Origin: Eutreptiella sp. 'Long Island Sound 2002'
Taxonomy: Eukaryota > Protista > Euglenida
Direction: 5' to 3'
Assembly (NCBI GenBank): GCA_964036045.1
Contig: OZ038378.1
Location: 16,740,001 to 16,804,000, forward strand
Length of the DNA: 64,000 nt
Of this stretch, positions 1-12,374 are shown piece after piece (positions within the stretch are counted from its first letter, which is position 1; each line of letters begins with the position of its first letter). The notes under the pieces are model-generated. The model worked only from the letters and a program-made list of their open reading frames with translations, ran no database searches and was not told where the DNA came from. The translations under genes were made by a program, and so were the position numbers.

Positions 1-190
1 AGGACGCATGCTAGCATTCACCATTTTTCGCTTTCCCGGATGCTTTCTCACTTGTCCATGCTTGCTGGTTTTCGTGGATTTGTTTGGTAGCACGTTTTTG
101 GGGTGCATGTTAGGCTTGTTGTGCCCCTCTTTCCCCAAGGGGGGGGGGACTCCGTAGCTCCTAGCACGCCAACTACCCCACCCCCGCCCT

Positions 191-1500
191 AAGGGGCCTC
201 CGGCCAACACGTAGGTGCTAAAGGTGTCGCCCTCAGGCGTCCATGGGCACCAACGGCGCCCGATGCTCCATGAACACCAAAGGAGCCTTAAGGAAAATTT
301 TGTCCACTTTGCACCCCAACACTATCCTTAAACCTAACCTTGACTCTAGCGCCCATCCCCCCACCCTCAGCGTACTCCGGACCCTACACCTAACCCTAAT
401 CAAGACTGAATATTGGGACCGAGCTGGTGGGGGAGGGAACATTAGATATGAATGGTGAGGGACACCAATGAGTTACACATTGAAGGCCGTTGACAGGGTG
501 GAATCAGCTTGCAAGTGATCCCCTTCACCACAAGGCCCACTTTCAAGGCTTTTGTGGACTTGTGAGGGGCCAAAATGCCCCACAATGGGCTCAAAATAGG
601 CTCATTTCACCCGTTTGTGCACCCCAAATGGTCTATGATGAGTTTTGGAAAAATGCGTTTTTGACCCATTTTTGACCCATTTTTGGTCCCAAAGCAGCGC
701 ATCTTCAAGGCATTTGGGGATTTTCGGAGGACCAAAATGGGCCACCCCAAGCTCAAAACAGTCCAAAAACACTTGTTTCAGCATCACACATGGTCTAGGA
801 TCATTTTTGAGAAAAGTCATTTTTCTGCCCCTATTGGACCCTATTGACCCATTTGGGCACCCACCTGTTTGGGCTTGAGCTTGCAGCTTGCCGCAGCCTA
901 CTGGGCTTGGGTACGGGGGTCTAGGCGTCCATTTGGGCAATTTTGAGGGGTGGAAACCACAAAACGAGGGGGGTTGCGGGTGGATTAGGTGCCCTCGGAA
1001 TCGCGTTTTGAGCCATGTAGCCAAAGATATGGCCTATTCTTGGTTTGTGGCTGTCGCCAGCCAATCTGCACAAAGTTTGGGGCTTGTGGGGGCCTTTTTG
1101 GGCCATTTCCGGGACATATGGTGGAGTCAGAGGACCGCAAATGGCTCGTTGACACAAGAAAGTCAAGCCGCACATGGAGTGCACCCACCCTTTCCCTTTC
1201 CTTGGCCGTTTTGAATGGGTTCTAGGGCTCTTTTGGCCCAAAAATGGCTGTTTTTGGCCCTAAATTGCAGTTTTTGAAACTGAGGTCCGCCACTTGCGAC
1301 ACCCATTCCCGGCCGCCACCGTTGAGTTTCTGGCTCAAACTTTGTGTGGTTGTCCCTCACACCCATAGGTATCATCCACCAAAATTTCAGCCGAATGTGA
1401 AGCACCACGACGGATGTCTGATTTTTCCCCATTTCGCGCGTGCTGCTTGCTGCTTGTTGCTGCTTGCTGCTTGTTGCTGCTGCTAAACCTGGTAGGTCCA
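191..1500. repeat. Probable interspersed repeat (non-coding; internal short duplications such as GACCCATTTTT x2)
   Basis: No coherent ORF. Its first 19 bp (AAGGGGCCTCCGGCCAACA, 191-209) recur identically at 15487-15505, each time after a C-run. The spurious translation resembles high-copy euglenid repeats as I remember them (unverified). Boundaries approximate. Confidence 0.45.
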
Positions 1501-1553
1501 CCCTAGACCCTAAAAAGGGTTATAAAACCAAGACTGGTTCCACCAGCTCGGTG

Positions 1554-1626
1554 ACCCTAACCCTAACCCTGGCCCTAACCCTGGCCCTAACCCTAGCCCT
1601 AACCCTAGCCTTAGCTCTCACCCTAG
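1554..1626. repeat. Interstitial degenerate telomere-like hexamer array (CCCTAA/CCCTAG/CCCTGG variants, about 12 units)
   Basis: Read directly: ACCCTA ACCCTA ACCCTG GCCCTA ACCCTG GCCCTA ACCCTA GCCCTA... Confidence 0.85.
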
Positions 1627-1924
1627 GCTATGGTCACAGTGAGTGTAGGGGTCCAAAATCGAGAGCAATGATATGGCAAAAGTTTTGGGGCATCTTGTTC
1701 CGCCCAATCAGCAGCCCTGGCATGGCCAAACTGGCTAGCTGCAAAGGTTAGGGTTACATTCATGGTGATGGTATGGTTAGAGGGAGGGCAAGGGAGCTTG
1801 TCCCCCCCCCCCCCCTTCCCGCCCCCCAACACCCCAAATCGCCCACCTAAACCCCCCCCAACTGACCCTCCCGGAGCCCCCCCCCCCCCAGCACCTCCTA
1901 GACCCCCCCCCCCCTATTCGCCCT

Positions 1925-2650
1925 TCCTTGAACCCGCTCGACGCCGGACCGTCGTGGGCGACGCCTCCGCCTTCCTGCGTAGCCTAGGGATCAGTGTCAA
2001 GGTCGTGGCCGGCGACCTCAGCAAGGCTCAGGGCCCCCGCGGGGGGCCGTGGCTCTCCAAGGCCCTCAGCCCGAAAGGCCCGCTGGCCCGGTTCCGAGCC
2101 CTGTACCGGCCGGGCAACCCGACGAATGTCATCTACCAGGTGGGGCGCTCCTCCAAGCGCGAGCTGGACTAGATTCTCATGGGACCGGAGACCCCGTGCG
2201 TGGGCGCTGAAAAGGTCGTGCTCCCCGGTCTCAGCATCCACCGTATGGTGCAGTGCGACTTGGGGTTCGCGGAGCGCACCTTCGCGGCAGTGCACCGCTC
2301 CTGCCGCCGCTTTCACTGGTCCTAGCTCAGGCTGGAGCAGCAAGCGCCCGCGGCGGCGGCGGCCCCGCTAGCCTTGTGGTGGTCAGCCCACGCCCGCCAA
2401 ACCCCGAAAGGAGTTGTTCAGGCCGTGTGGACCGCCCTGCAGGGCCTTGTGCCCTCCAAGAAAGACTAGTGGCGCCCCCCGGGCCGTGACATCCTACAAG
2501 CTGCACAAGAACTGGATGCGGGCGTCGGGTCAGCTATAGCGGACGCGGTCCGGGCCTGGTGGCAGGCGCACCAAGACGCAGCTTACGGTGCCCTCGTGCG
2601 CGTGGAGAAGGCCAAGCTGGAGGGGGTGGCCCTGACGTCCCAGACAGGGC
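1925..2650 (+). mobile_element. Decayed non-LTR retrotransposon (LINE) fragment: AP-endonuclease domain and start of linker
   Basis: One frame gives VKVVAGDLS (GDxN motif), SKRELD*ILM (RxDYIL-like motif) and LPGLSIHRMV (SDH motif position). In-frame TAG stops at 2170 and 2323. Confidence 0.65.
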
Positions 2651-2659
2651 ATAGTGTAT

Positions 2660-3462
2660 TCGCCAGACTTTTGGTGAGAATTCTGGTTAGACCCTTGGTA
2701 AGATTTTTGCTCAGAGCTTTGGTTAGCCTTTTTTCAGACTTCTGGGTAGACCTTTGGCTAGACTTTGGGTAGATGTTGGTTAGACTTTGGTTAGACCTTC
2801 GTTGGTTAGACGTTTGGTTAGACTTTTGGTTAGACTTGTGGTTGGACTTGTGGACTTTGGTTAGACGTCTGGTTAGACTTTTGGTTAGACTTTTGGTTAG
2901 ACTGTTGGTTAGACTTTGGCTAGGCTTTCGGTTGGGCGTTTGGTTAGACTTTGAGTGAGACCTTTGGTTAGACTTTTGGTTGGACTCCTGGTTGGTTGGA
3001 CTTTTTGATTTGACGTTTGTTTACGCCTTCGGTTAGACGTTTAGTTGATTTTGGTTAGATCTCGGCTTCTAGGCTTAGATCTAGGCTTGTGGTTAGACAT
3101 TGGTCAGACTTTTGGTTGGTTAGACTTTTGGTTAGACTTTTGGTTGGACTCTTGGTTGGACTTTTTGATTTGACGTTTGTTTACGCCTTCGGTTAGACTT
3201 AGACGTTCAGATGATTTTGGTTAGATCTCGGCTTCTAGGCTTAGATCTAGGCTTGTGGTTAGACATTGGTCAGACTTTTGGTTGGTTAGACCTTTGGTTA
3301 GACTTTCGTTGGTTAGACCTTTGGTTAGACTTTTGGTTAGACTGTTGGTTAGACTTTGGCTAGGTATTCGGTTGGGCGTTTGGTTAGACTTTAAGTGAGA
3401 CCTTTGGTTAGACCTTGGTTAGACTTTTGGTTGGACTCTTGGTTGGACTTTTTGATTTGACC
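2660..3462. repeat. Degenerate minisatellite based on TTGGTTAGACT(T), with higher-order duplications of about 160 bp
   Basis: Dozens of TTGGTT(A/G)GAC units. The block CTTTTTGATTTGACGTTTGTTTACGCCTTCGGTTAGAC occurs at about 3001 and about 3161. Confidence 0.9.
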
Positions 3463-4689
3463 AGCTGCAGACTGCAAATCAGGAGTTGCTGCCATTCAGA
3501 CAGTGACGCCAGAATGTGTGCAGGCTTGGAAGGGGCTGCCCGACGTCGAAGAAGCCGGTCACTGCACTGGTGCAATTTTCGAGGGGCAGCTCAGGAGGAG
3601 GCGGGAGGTGGATGAATGTTCGTTGTCAGAGCTGTCAGACGGTGCTAGCCTGAGTAGCTGCCCTGCTTCTTCCCGCTCTTTGCTGCAGCATTCCATGGTC
3701 TGGATGTGTGCTGAATTCAGGCCTTGTGTCTGGCTGCAGGTTGTAGCACCTGGCTGTGTGTCGCCCAGGCTTGTACCTATGTGTGACTTTGGCACAGCTG
3801 TGCAGGGATTGGTGTTGCTTCTCCAAGTCACCACCATAGTAGTGGCCGTGCTTCAGTACTGGTTGTGCACAGAAAGAGCCATTGCATCGTTTCACAGATT
3901 TGGTGACCCCCCCCAGACTGACGTCAGCCCGTTGCTGCTTCCCTCTCTCTCTCTGAACTCTGGTGCTGCACCATTTTCACTGCTCAACTGTCTTAGTGCA
4001 GTGATTAGCCTGATTGGTTCTTTCAGATTTTTATGCAGAGGCACTTTTATGCGACGGCACAAAGTTCAAATCCATCCCATATCCGGGGCTAGTTGAGAAT
4101 TACCCGCCCAGTGGCCACGCCACAGGAACCATGGTTTCGCAGGTGACCGCTGTGCACGAGCTCTATAGCAAATTTGCCTCACTTGGCCCTCACTTGGCTC
4201 ATATTTGCCTTATCTTCACAGTACCAGTGGTGTCAGTATTTTGCTTTGCACACTGATCACTGCGCAGCACACTGCACTTTTCTGCGAGAAATGGAGGTTG
4301 CACAGCGTCGCTTTTGTGAGAGAGTGTATTACAGCACCGCAAAATCTGTTGCGCACAGAGAGAGAAACCGGACGCGTAAGGATTGTTGGACGCCTGATGT
4401 TTTGTTTCCTAATGCCGTTTTAGGAATTGTCAAATTCTGACAGCGCTGCCCCATTTCATTTTGTGTAGCATGTCTTTTTGTCTCAAAATGCACGCCCCAC
4501 TCTGTGCTCCTCCGCCCCCAACATGTTTCGTTGCTGCCTTGATTACTCATTTGGTCGTTGGGATATTCTGTTTAATCTTATTCGGTATATAGTGCCCCTT
4601 CGTCTTTGCTACCCCCCTCCATGGTGGCGACCGTTGTTCATAACATGGGCTGATGCTATGGGAGTGACAGATTTGCTGTGTGCAGCACT

Positions 4690-5330
4690 TTCCGTTGCAC
4701 TCCCACCTGCACCGGATTCCCACACCACGCCCGAGCTCCCGGCGGATCACCCGGCGGTCCTGCGTGACGCTTGTCTCCAGCCGCCGGAGGTAGGGCTCTA
4801 GCATCCAGCTGTAGCGCACCAGCCGCACCGGGAGCTTCTGGGCCAGGCAGAGATGGAGAACCGCACAAAAGCAAGCTGCTGGGGTCCCCGATGCAGGGCT
4901 ACCACGACACCCACCAGGACTCGAAGGCCGAAGCCCGGCAAGGCGGATACTAGAGGCCGCGGCAGTTCATTGAGGGATGTGGCTGGGGACCCCTTCCTAA
5001 AGGCCAGCTCCACATTGTGGTATTCCGGCAGGACCCCTGTGACCGGCGGTTCCGGTGGCCGGAGCAGCGCTGCGCGCATGCGCGAGATGAAGTGTGGGTC
5101 GTCCGTGGGATTGCTTGGATGCACGGGGGCCTAGAGGCGCGACAGGTCGATGCGGAGGCCCGCGTGGCCGCAGTGTAGCTCCTGCGCTTGGCGGAAAACC
5201 TCCTCCCGGAAGGCTTCCGGCGTGCCTGGGAAGCGGATGCCGTCAGGGTTGACCTCTGTGAGGAGGCGGAACTTGGGTGGCCCGAGGCGACCAAAGCCCA
5301 ACCAGAATGGAAGGGAGAAATTACAGACAG
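4690..5330 (-). mobile_element. LINE fragment (linker and start of RT) nested in the TIR element
   Basis: GC-rich island with FREEVFRQAQELH...L*...VELAFRKGSPATSLNELP, resembling the pre-RT linker and the KxPGxDG region. In-frame TAG at 5131-5133. Confidence 0.5.
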
Positions 5331-5353
5331 AGAAAGAACAAACACAGTTTGCA

Positions 5354-5803
5354 TCATCCGTGCTCACTGCAAATGTTGCAGATCAGATTGGACGTTTCCA
5401 AACGCCCGTCTTGGTCAAAAGTGAGCTTTGCACGCAACTGCCCGGTGGCCTGGTAAGACTTTCGCAGTGCATTGCAAGACGATTTTCTGGCACCATACTC
5501 GGGGTATCCCCCGTTGGGAACGTGAGACCTGATATAGGCATTTAACTCCTCCCGGAGATGATCCCTTGATTGACACTCTCTCTGATCATTGAAATACTGG
5601 GCATTGGAATCTTGCAAGAATGCCAAAAGGAATTGCCTTTTTTTGTTTTGGGCAATGCCTCCTCCTTCGGCTCTTGGCTTTGTATTTGTACTGCCACCAC
5701 CCTTAGCGTGCAATTCCGCAGCTGTCTTTCGTTGTATTCGTTCACTGGTGATGCCTAGGCGACTGTCGTTGCCACGCTGCCTCTTTTTACCGTGTTGAAC
5801 CAT
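5354..5803 (-). CDS. Hypothetical 149-aa ORF inside the TIR element
   Basis: Open frame with protein-like composition, co-oriented with and downstream of the GTPase. No family recognised. Confidence 0.3.
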   Translation of the reverse strand: MVQHGKKRQRGNDSRLGITSERIQRKTAAELHAKGGGSTNTKPRAEGGGIAQNKKRQFLLAFLQDSNAQYFNDQRECQSRDHLREELNAYIRSHVPNGGYPEYGARKSSCNALRKSYQATGQLRAKLTFDQDGRLETSNLICNICSEHG

Positions 5804-5914
5804 GTTCCCAGCACATGAGACACACAGGGTCTGCAGGGGACATTCTTCTCTGCCACCATCATCACCCCATGATGCCAGCAGTAGGTCATTGAAAGGTGAT
5901 GATGGTTGGCATTC

Positions 5915-7685
5915 CTAATCCATTAAGTACTCTGTGTCATCTGACCCTGAACTTCTGCTACGCTCCAACACACAGTGTTCGAGCTTCCGTATCTTAGCTT
6001 GCAAATGGGGCACAAGTGCCGCTTCAGAAGCAGTCTTTCGGCATGCCTCCCGCAAGGCCGCCACTTCTTGCTCCTTTGCATGTAATTCACACAAATATGG
6101 CATCACGGCTTCCAAAATCTTGCTGTCCATATAGTGCTGACCTACCTTGTAGTCAAACACCATTTTTGGACACAGCACCTCGCGGAGGGGCTTACGTGTC
6201 TCCTGCGCCTCTTGCGCAGCTTTCATAACCTCAGCTTTGTCAAAGGTAGGGGTCACAGCCCGCCTTGCAATGGATGACTCGACCCGTGTCCTTGCCAATG
6301 CCATCAAATGCACATCAGGGGGGAGGCACCAACATTTCTCAGCCCACCCAACCCTGGCTTGCACCTGCTCTCTGATACAAGACCTGGACCTGGTTTCCAC
6401 ATGGCGGCTGAGCATGTCGGGCAAAGACCGCGCCAACTCGTCTCTGACTGCCAAACCCAGGGCATACTTAAAATTATGAAAGGGCTTTGCCCACTTGGGT
6501 TGGTAGACATCAACCCCAACAAAAGCAGCCACACGGCTGCAGTGCTCTTGAAAAACTTTAGCAAGATCGCCCCCCTCAGAAATTTGGGCCAGTAGCTTTG
6601 GTTTTTCGTCCTCGCTGAATGGCACCAGCCTACTGTCGAGCTGATGGGTCCATCAGGTCAATTAGTGTGAGTCCCATTTGGCCCTTATTGAAGCCGCTGT
6701 CCCAGAGGTTGCACGCCTCTAGGGCACGTGTCTGTAAACAACGCAGTGTGGTTTCCTTGCCATCGCAGAATGAGTTGATGGTGCTCCACACAGTCTGTCT
6801 GAACGTTCGGTTGGCAGGAGTCTCGGAGTCAGAGTCTTCCACAGGAGGCTTGGGGTAGGGTAATGCTGTTAGACGGCGCAACAATTGTCTGACAGTCTCA
6901 ATATCAGGTGTCACAAAAGCACTGCCGTACCAGCGTTCGCGATGAGCCTCTTGCACGAGCTGCTCATTGTCGCGGCACCTGTCAAGCTCGACAAGCTGTG
7001 CCTGGCAATCTGCATACTATCTGAAGATGGCAGCCACTGGTGCAATCCATTTGCTTGCCGCTTCCGTGGACACACGCGTGTCCTTCACAGGCACAAGAAT
7101 GGTATGCAAAAAAGGTAGACAGACTGTCAGACAGAACACGGCACGTGCCACAGCGGCATCGTCATCACTGTCCAACCCTTCTATGTCCAAGGTGATTGTC
7201 ATATCACCAGTAGACACACTCTTTGTCAGAGCGGCCCAAGCGCCCTTAGTTACCCTCCCATTAAGGTGACCAACGTTGAAATTGGCACCCGTCAGGGACC
7301 TCAGGGCAGTGGATTTTCCTGCACCTGTGTCACCCATGGTGGCCAGCCCCCGGGCTGGTATATCAAAATACTCTTCGCAACCATCGGGGAAGTTGATGTG
7401 GACGTCGCTATCCTCATCACCGAATCTGACGAATTGAAACGGTGGCACCACAATCACCTGGGCACAGCAATGGGGACTCAAGGAATCAGCACCCCTGGCT
7501 CACGTTCGGTGACGGCGGGTGGCAACGAGTCAACAAGTGAACCATGTGGCAGGCGACTACAGTAGAATTGGAGGACACCTGGTCATCGACGCTCGGCTGG
7601 GTCCTGGTCAAGCCATACGATGCCCCCTCGGCGGTGGCAGTGCCACTGGCAGATGCTTGCGAGCCACTGTCTTCTGGCGCTTGCT
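5915..7685 (-). pseudogene. GBP/atlastin (GB1/RHD3)-family large GTPase with helical/coiled-coil C-terminus, disrupted
   Basis: G1 GDTGAGKS, FNVGHLNGRVTKGAW (cf. GBP TKGIW), LDIEG (cf. LDTEG), then AVFCL. One in-frame TAG at 7017-7019 and an apparent 1-bp frameshift near 6653 join ORFs 7017-7481, 6630-6956 and 5915-6625. A phase-compatible 46-nt GT-AG intron is likely at 7458-7503. Confidence 0.85.
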
Positions 7686-8138
7686 GCAAGGTGAACACAC
7701 AATGTCACTGTACTACGTTCGTGTAACTGCATGACGGGTGGATGCCCAATCCAATTTTGGGCACTCGTGAGGGCCAGTCTGTCCATTGGCTGTCCTACCA
7801 CACGTTCTGTCCAATACTACATGCCACAACGCATTCTTTAGATCACCTTGACGTCACCTCAGTGCTATCATGCTTGGTGTGGTTCTGCGATAGCGATGCA
7901 TGACCCGGTCAGAGGTGGAACAGATGCCTGCCACAGTCAGTGCAGCTTTGTTCTCAGTCCACTGAAACATCGTGCCACCTTGATGTCACCCCCAGTGTGA
8001 TTGTCGGGTGTGCGTCGAGCCATACCTCAGTTTGCAGTGGCTACTTCTTCCACATATCTGTCACTCCGGGCTGTACCACTGGTAGTCCATCCTTGGAAGG
8101 CATCCTTCAGCCAAACAGAGCCTACAAAGCACGCGCGG

Positions 8139-8141
8139 GCG

Positions 8142-8178
<37 letters not shown>
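8139..8178. repeat. (CG)n-(CA)n microsatellite
   Basis: Read directly. Confidence 0.9.
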
Positions 8179-8180
<2 letters not shown>

Positions 8181-9359
8181 GTATGTACCCCAAAGCACGG
8201 AAAACGAGAAAAGGTAAATCAACACCAACCAAAACGCCAATCTGGACATTCATTCACTCCACCCGCGGGCAGATTGATGTCACTTTCTGTTTGGATGCCC
8301 ATGTTCTATCATGCCAGTCAACTGTCATTGTCCAGCACATGGTGGCCAGGGGCTCGGGGGCGTAGATACCACTGAAAAATCTCAGGTTTTGCCAGGTATC
8401 GCTCTTGCACGAAGAATGCCAGTCGTGCATTGGAGACCAATGCCTTCAGGTTAGCAACCACTGGCACCGCATTCCCCATACATTAGTGGTTTGTAGTGCT
8501 CTTGTAATACTTTTGCAATGATTTGTAATATCCCTGCCAAGAGCTGTAATGGTTTTGGTGCTTTTGGGATGCTCTGACGCTCCTGTAATGCTTTTCTGTG
8601 CATCCTGAGCTTACAGGCATCATTGAGCCAAACAAAGCCTAAACATTTCATGTCGGAGCACAATAGGAACACACACGCGCGCGCACACAGAGAGACAGAT
8701 TTTGCGGTGCTGTATGAGGTGGCGCTACCTTTTTGCGGATGGTAATGTTCGAGCGTGCACAAAAAGCAGAACCGAATCATAATCCGGCCGCATTGCACAA
8801 GAAAGCCAGCACTTTCCATAACATTCCTCATACGTGCTCGTGCCACATTCCGATCATCAATAAAGCAATGGCCGGCTAAGACACTCCTACGGGCCCAAGA
8901 ACCTGGAGTCTTGATGTGTACATATATGCAATCATGCCAACACAAAGAAGGCGGGCACATGCAAAGCAAAGCAATGGAAATGTTGGATAACCTGCATAAA
9001 AAGCCCGCCACCGGCATGGGAAAAAAGGTCTCCACTGTACATACACTGTACATTTTAGTTTTGTGTTTATCTAGGAGAGTCGGAAATGGGTTCGGGGTTA
9101 AAGCGAGGTATTCGCCGAATCCGTTGTTCCTAAAGCGATTCCGATGACCTGCTGTTAGTTTCGATTGTTTATGCACCGGAGTAGGAAATGTGTATAGGGT
9201 TGGAGCGAGGCATTCCTCGAATCCGTTGCTGTTCTTCCAAAGCGATTCCGAAGACCTAGAGGATTAGGAAATGGGTTAAAAGGTTAAACCTTCCGGACAA
9301 AGAGAGATGGGTACTTCGGCAACTTTGCCCAAACACGCGACGGCACCAAAATGTAAGCC

Positions 9360-10955
9360 TCCTACTCCCGATACTCACCTGGCCAAGGAAAAAGACAACT
9401 GAAGGGGACCGTGATGTCATCCGACCTGGTGAAATAGACCCGTATGACCGTGGGGTCAACCACCTCGTTGAACGCCAGTCTTGATTGCGTGCTACACTTT
9501 GGCGCTAGCTTGCTACTCCGGCCCTTGGCTGCCGGCTTGGGCTGGGGCGGCGTGGGTGCACTGCTGCTACTGCGGCTGCTGCTAGTGTTGCTGCCGCTGC
9601 CGCCGCTACTCCCAACCCCCAGTGCCAGTCCCCTATTCATGTTCGGGTCCAACACTAGTTTCTTAATTACAATCTTAGTGTCATTCACCTTCGCATCCAT
9701 GGTAGAAAACCCAATATGCACGTCTGTTCCAAAAAGCAAACCAATGCCATGCGAATGAAATCGCTAGGCACTTTGCTGTATGTTGCCTTTGATGCCTCGT
9801 GGGCTTACTTGTTGGCCTGGAGCTGGGCCACATCCAAGGCAAACTCGGGATTCACCCTCGGGTGCTTCCCCTTTTTCTCTCGCCTCAACCGCTCGACATC
9901 GCCGTCGCCACCACGATACTCAGGTGTGCGGAAGGGCAAACTTGCTTGCACCGGTGTTTTTGGAAGGGGAAGCACCAACCCAGCATAGGTGTAGTTGAGG
10001 GGACCACATTCCTTCCCTTGCTTGATGAACTCTGCACACAACCGTTCTTGCTCGGCCGTATCCTTCTCTGCCGAATCCATAGACCACGTGCATTGCAATT
10101 TAGTCACCTTGAGCAATGGGTTAGGTGTTTGTACTGGGAACACTGGTGGCATGAAAGGGAACATGCACTCGACGGCCGCATCTACCCTGTCACCATCGGG
10201 AGAGGACAACAAAGGAGGCTCCACATCCTCAAACTGCATCACGTTGAGAGGGAGTATCGGATTGGGGTACAGATTCAGATTGGGAGTCGGAATCAGAAGG
10301 TGCTTCGGAAACAGGTTGGGAGTCGGGTTTGGAAATTTCTTGTTAAAGTGGTTGTGACTCGGAGTGTGATTGGGAAAAAGATTGGGAGTTTGAATCGGAA
10401 ATGGAAATCGCTTGAGAAAGAGATTGGGCGTGTGAATCGGGAAGTGATTGACCGAGTTTGCAAGTTGGAAACAGAAACGGCTTGAGAAAGAGATTGGAAG
10501 TTTGAATCGGGAAGTGATTGAGAGGAAGGTTGCGAGTTGGAAATGGAAATTGCTTGAGATTCGGAGGGTTGGGATTCCTCTATGTCTGTGTCCATGGCTT
10601 GTGCCTCCCCCGCCCCCTCCTTGGCTTTGCCCTTCGCTTTGATGTCCCGCTTTTGAACCTCCAGAAAGTAGAGCTGCCAAACGTTGCGCACGTCCTTCTT
10701 GACCTCCTTGAATGGCCGCTTTGCCAAGCCCATGTCCGTCTATTTGCATGTAGCATCACGCTGGAACATGTCCTTGTTGCCGGAGTGACACAAGCATTCC
10801 ATAATGGCTTGCGGCACATGTGGCTGCGCACGCAGATGGGCGCTAGCCTTTGCGGAAGCAAATTTCGCCGCGACCGCGTGAGCGACACCGTAGCCGCCTT
10901 GCATCGATGCAAACATGGCGCACCGCACCTCATTACTTTCATCAATTAAAGACAT
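9360..10955 (-). pseudogene. Decayed, apparently intronless ORF of unknown family with internal 71-72-bp and 18-bp tandem repeats
   Basis: Successive protein-like segments in shifting frames (10740-10955, 10293-10733, 9805-10749, 9362-9739). CTTGAGAAAGAGATTGG recurs at about 10411 and about 10482. Confidence 0.4.
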
Positions 10956-10971
10956 AGTGATCCACCAAGTT

Positions 10972-11110
10972 GTGTTGCAAAAAATGATCCAAAAATGTCA
11001 CTTCCAAATGTAAGTATCACCTAGAGCACACACAAAACAACATATTGATTGACCAATTTGTGTTGCGAAAAAATGATCCAAAAATGTAAATTCCAAATGT
11101 AAGTATCACA
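10972..11110. repeat. AT-rich direct repeat (about 50 bp x2, period about 90 bp) in the spacer between two minus-strand decayed ORFs
   Basis: GTGTTGC..AAAAATGATCCAAAAATGT...TTCCAAATGTAAGTATCAC occurs twice. Confidence 0.85.
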
Positions 11111-11339
11111 CAGCAACATATTAGACCAACAATGTGTCTAAAAAAAAAAGAACCCAAAATGGAAATTTACTTGTTCCATTAATTTAGCTTCCGAAAAATG
11201 ATCCACAAGTCCACAAGACCATTGACACAAAGTTGAAAGTGCAATAGGCAAAATGGTCCAAAATGGTCCAAGAATGATCCAAAGTGATCCACGGATCACC
11301 ACCCTTGAACCCCCCACCCCCCCTACCTGCCGCACGACG

Positions 11340-12370
11340 GGGTTGGGTAATGTCAATATTCATCACGCCAAACGGGAGCACGGTGTGTTCGGCTGCCCAT
11401 ATCCTCTTTAAAATGGGACTTAGAATTTGGCCTCTTGGACAAACATCAATACAATTCCTAATCCGTTTCAATGGTATGAGCGACCTTTAACCATTGTTTC
11501 AATTAGATGGGGTCCACTCACTTGGCAGAAGTCAACTTTGACAACCATGAAGTGTGTTTTTCGTGTGCCTTAACAACGACAGCTTCCACCTCACTCTCAC
11601 CATCCTCAACCATCGTTGGCTGCTGCGGGGGAAGTGGTGGTGGAACGGATGACCCTTTTGAAAGAGGTTGCATTAAGAAGTATTGGGCATGAAGCAATGC
11701 ATACAACGGATGGGCATCAACTTTAAGGCCCTCGTACCAACTTTGCAATGACCCCTCTTCCTTCTTGGCATTAAATATTTCATGAAATTCTTTTTGTCGT
11801 GTTGGCCGTTAAACATAGTACTTGGTGTAGTCAAAGATTTTCCATAGTTGTTTGTACTACTCCTTCTTGCAATCCGCACAGTCGCCAAAATTGGGGTTTC
11901 CGGCTTCTTCTTAGGCTTCGGTGGCGGCAAGCTTTGCATGGGTAAAGTTTGGGCTTTTTTTTTTGTGAACGTTGCCGGTGCAAATATTGGGCACTATTCG
12001 TGGCACCCACTGGTGCAACCTGGTGGGTATTTGGTGCACGGGCTTTCCTGCGTTGTGTTGTGTTCTTCGCACGCGAAAATAGCTTGTACTGTTTCAACGG
12101 CGGTTCCGGGTCCGATTGAAAATTGTCAACCTCAATATCACTCGATTGCATAGGGTCAAGCAGGCTTTCAGGGTGCGTCGCGGTCACGGATTAAACAGAG
12201 GCACCATCATCGACCGTGGATGCCCCATTACTGGTTGCGGCATCATGTGCCATTTGTACATCACGTAACGCAAGGTTAGATGCGGGTTCGGGTTCGGCTT
12301 CGGCTTCGGCTACGGGTTCGGCCGACGGGGAACTGTAAATGGAGGTCCTTAGGTTTGCAGCCTGGTTGCG
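11340..12370 (-). pseudogene. Decayed ORF of unknown family
   Basis: Chain of protein-like fragments in different frames (12191-12403, 11831-12187, 11673-11939, 11518-11748, 11184-11471). Confidence 0.3.
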
Positions 12371-12374
12371 CATG

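Larger units (their letters stand above)
4332..8712. mobile_element. 4.4-kb TIR DNA element with TA target-site duplication (Tc1/mariner/pogo-like ends), non-autonomous, carrying gene cargo
   Basis: 4330-4349 TACAGCACCGCAAAATCTGT is the exact reverse complement of 8695-8714 ACAGATTTTGCGGTGCTGTA. This gives an 18-bp TIR starting CAG with TA on both sides. No DDE transposase recognised inside. Confidence 0.8.

Noticed and set aside
4027-4142. Candidate upstream exon of the adenylate cyclase (good AG and GT, phase-0 end)
   Set aside because: No homology support, and it lies in decayed repeat-like DNA next to a TIR. Kept only as a weak possibility.
5430-5520. IS3-like HTH (PEYGARK...ALRK) as the element's transposase
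   Set aside because: Weak similarity and no DDE domain follows.
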